Positions 61,660 through 64,000 of a stretch of 64,000 nt of DNA are shown here, in pieces. Source of the DNA: an uncultured Bacteroidales bacterium (lineage in GTDB: Bacteria > Bacteroidota > Bacteroidia > Bacteroidales > P3); assembly GCA_905235855.1 (NCBI GenBank), contig CAJONE010000005.1, positions 1,550 through 65,549 on the forward strand, given 5' to 3'. The notes under the pieces were generated by a model, which worked only from the letters and a program-made list of their open reading frames with translations, was not told where the DNA came from and made no database searches. Made by a program: the position numbers and the translations under genes. Positions within the stretch are counted from its first letter, which is position 1. Each line of letters begins with the position of its first letter.

Positions 61660-62742
61660 ATGGCAAAAGAACTGAAATTGATGAAGGGCAACGAGGCTAT
61701 TGCCCGAGCAATGATTGCCAGTGGTACGGACGGCTACTTTGGCTACCCGATTACCCCGCAGTCTGAAGTTATGGAAACCCTTATGGCCGAGAAACCCTGG
61801 GAAGACACAGGTATGGTTGTTCTGCAGGCCGAAAGCGAGATGGCATCTATCAATATGGTCTATGGCGGTGCCGCAACCGGCAAGAAGGTAGCCACCTCCA
61901 GCTCATCGCCCGGAATATCGCTGATGCAGGAAGGTCTTACTTATTTGGCCGGTGCCGAAATACCCTGTCTGGTTGTCAACGTTATGCGCGGCGGTCCTGG
62001 TCTGGGAACGATACAGCCCTCGCAGAGTGACTATTTCCAGAGCGTCAAGGGCGGCGGTCACGGCGACTATCAGCTCTACACCCTCGCTCCGGCAAGCGTG
62101 CAGGAGATGTACGACTTTGTGTTCGAGGCATGGGACATTGCTTTCAAATACCGTAACCCAGTGCTGATTCTCTCAGATGGTGCTATCGGCCAGTGCATGG
62201 AGAAACTCTACACTCGCGACTACATCCCCCGCTGGACCGAAGAGGAACGTCGCAAAAACGCACCGTGGGGCACCTGGGGCAAACCTGCCACCCGCAACCA
62301 CAACATCATCACTTCGCTCGAACTTGATTCGGCTCGTCAAGAGGTGTTCAACCACAAACTGCAGGCCAAATACGCCGAAATGAAAGAAAAAGAAGTGCGC
62401 TACGAGACTTTGAATTGCGAAGATGCCGACTACATATTTGTCGCCTACGGTTCGTCGAGCCGCATAGCCATGAAAGCTATGCAGATGGCACGCGAGAAGG
62501 GCATCAAAGTCGGACTGTTCCGCCTTATCACCCTTTTCCCGTTCCCGACCAAGCAGTTGGCCGAGGTCGCAAAGCACGTCAAAGGCATTCTTTGCGTTGA
62601 GATGAGTGCCGGACAGATGATAGAGGATGTGCGCCTTGCAACGCAGTGCGGTGTCAAAACCGAACATTTCGGACGTTTTGGCGGCATTATCCCGACCCCG
62701 ACAGAGGTTCTGGAAGCTCTGGAAAACAAAATTATAAAATAA
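61660..62742 (+). CDS. 2-oxoacid:ferredoxin oxidoreductase alpha subunit
   Basis: MAKELKLMKGNEAIARA..., GYPITPQSE and SSSPGISLM motifs. The ATG at 61660 removes the overlap with the ferredoxin gene. Confidence 0.85.
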   Translation: MAKELKLMKGNEAIARAMIASGTDGYFGYPITPQSEVMETLMAEKPWEDTGMVVLQAESEMASINMVYGGAATGKKVATSSSSPGISLMQEGLTYLAGAEIPCLVVNVMRGGPGLGTIQPSQSDYFQSVKGGGHGDYQLYTLAPASVQEMYDFVFEAWDIAFKYRNPVLILSDGAIGQCMEKLYTRDYIPRWTEEERRKNAPWGTWGKPATRNHNIITSLELDSARQEVFNHKLQAKYAEMKEKEVRYETLNCEDADYIFVAYGSSSRIAMKAMQMAREKGIKVGLFRLITLFPFPTKQLAEVAKHVKGILCVEMSAGQMIEDVRLATQCGVKTEHFGRFGGIIPTPTEVLEALENKIIK

Positions 62743-62872
62743 AACGTGTGTATGCGTAAATGTTGAATGTGTCGGGGGCAGTGGTGAAATGAACCGGCAC
62801 ACGGCACAATCACAAAACACGCAACCATAACCTACACGTTATCGCAGTTACACAATAATTAAATCAAAGATT

Positions 62873-63721
62873 ATGAATCAAGATATAGAAGCTCGCAAAC
62901 AAGAGCTGTTGAACCAGGGTTACACCGAGGTTTACACCAAAACAAAAGTGCTCACCGATGCGGTTATGCACTACTGCCCGGGTTGCGGACACGGCACGAC
63001 TCATCGTCTCGTGGCCGAGGTTATCGACGAGATGGGTATTCAGGACAACGTGGTTGGCGTATCGCCGGTTGGATGCTCAGTGCTGGCCTACAACTATTTT
63101 GACGTCGACTTCCAGGAGGCCGCTCATGGACGTGCTCCTGCGGTTGCCACGGCTGTCAAACGTCTGAATCCTGACACTTTCGTGTTCACCTATCAGGGCG
63201 ACGGCGACCTTGCCGCTATCGGAACTGCCGAAACCATCCATGCCTGCAACCGTGGTGAGAACATCACGATGATTTTCGTGAACAACGGCATTTACGGTAT
63301 GACTGGCGGCCAGATGGCTCCGACCACTCTGATTGGAATGAAGAGCGCCACCACGCCCTACGGACGCCGTGTCGACATCAACGGCTACCCCCTTCGCATT
63401 ACGGAGTTGATCTCGACACTGCCCGGAACGTACTATGTGACCCGCCAGAGTGTGCAGACCCCTGCCGCCGTGCGCAAGGCAAAAGCCGCTATCCGCAAGG
63501 CTTTCGAAAACCAGAAACTGAAAAAAGGTCTCAGTTTTGTCGAAATCCTGTCAAACTGCAACTCGGGCTGGAAAATGACACCCGTACAGGCTAACAAATG
63601 GATGGAAGACAACATGATGCCCAACTACCCTGTGGGTGACATCAAGGTCGATGGCAAACTGGTTGAAAACATCGACGTGGCCCGCCTTGCGGTTGACCAC
63701 CCGCTTTCAGTTATGCAGTAA
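62873..63721 (+). CDS. 2-oxoacid:ferredoxin oxidoreductase beta subunit (TPP-binding)
   Basis: CPGCGHG and the TPP motif GDGDLAAIG...NNGIYGMTGGQ. Confidence 0.9.
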   Translation: MNQDIEARKQELLNQGYTEVYTKTKVLTDAVMHYCPGCGHGTTHRLVAEVIDEMGIQDNVVGVSPVGCSVLAYNYFDVDFQEAAHGRAPAVATAVKRLNPDTFVFTYQGDGDLAAIGTAETIHACNRGENITMIFVNNGIYGMTGGQMAPTTLIGMKSATTPYGRRVDINGYPLRITELISTLPGTYYVTRQSVQTPAAVRKAKAAIRKAFENQKLKKGLSFVEILSNCNSGWKMTPVQANKWMEDNMMPNYPVGDIKVDGKLVENIDVARLAVDHPLSVMQ

Positions 63722-63795
63722 TCAATAAGTCCTATGGGACTTGTCTGTCCTATACGACCTATATGACTTATTAATCAAACAAAAATTCAGAAACA

Positions 63796-64000
63796 ATGAC
63801 AGAAGAAATAATCATAGCCGGATTTGGAGGACAGGGTGTTCTCTCTATGGGTAAGATATTGGCCTATTCCGGAGTAATGCAAGACAAGGAAGTGAGCTGG
63901 ATGCCCAGCTACGGTCCCGAAATGCGCGGCGGCACGGCCAATGTGTCCGTCATTATCAGCGATGAGCGCATCAGCTCGCCCATCATCAACCAGTTCGACA
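63796..64000 (+). CDS. 2-oxoacid:ferredoxin oxidoreductase gamma subunit (3' end beyond window)
   Basis: Hand translation gives [24 protein letters not shown]...[18 protein letters not shown], typical of the gamma subunit. Not in the ORF track, presumably because no stop lies inside the window. Confidence 0.8.
   Translation, partial: MTEEIIIAGFGGQGVLSMGKILAYSGVMQDKEVSWMPSYGPEMRGGTANVSVIISDERISSPIINQFD

Noticed and set aside
1-64000. A search by eye for CRISPR arrays, rRNA genes, other tRNAs, group II introns/retrons and DGR-type repeats
   Set aside because: No regularly spaced direct repeats, no rRNA-like conserved blocks, no reverse-transcriptase motif (YxDD) in any sizeable ORF, and no second cloverleaf were found. 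Absence by eye is not proof and should be confirmed with dedicated tools.

Overview
This window reads as a chromosomal segment of a Bacteroidota (Bacteroidales-type) genome. Three things support that: TAnnTTTG -7 promoter boxes precede many genes, several secreted proteins end in T9SS C-terminal sorting domains, and every SPase-I-type signal peptide is followed by Gln at +1. Most of the window is housekeeping: pyrH-frr, rnpA-yidD, recQ, kdsD-lptB-mrdA-rodA, clpX, efp, tRNA-Ser(GGA), yicC, apbE, rlmD, secG, an rpmH gene missing from the ORF track, and a 4-subunit 2-oxoacid:ferredoxin oxidoreductase operon. There is also a TPP-riboswitch-controlled thiamine uptake/salvage operon (TonB-dependent receptor, PnuT-like transporter, UDG-like gene, thiamine diphosphokinase) and four T9SS-cargo-type genes. 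The outstanding feature is one uninterrupted 9.3 kb ORF (46855-56193, minus strand, 3112 codons). By motif reading it is a phage/ICE-style polyvalent multi-enzyme protein: a protein-kinase-like domain, two PARP/diphtheria-toxin-like ART modules, two HExxH zincin modules and two paralogous ~135 aa modules, joined by K/E-rich linkers. No integrase, transfer, capsid or other mobile-element genes lie next to it. Its last ~60 codons are an out-of-frame read-through of an ISL3-like transposase remnant, and its 5' end has no in-frame ATG. No CRISPR array, rRNA gene or intact IS was seen. All family assignments come from motif recognition by eye. No database search was run.
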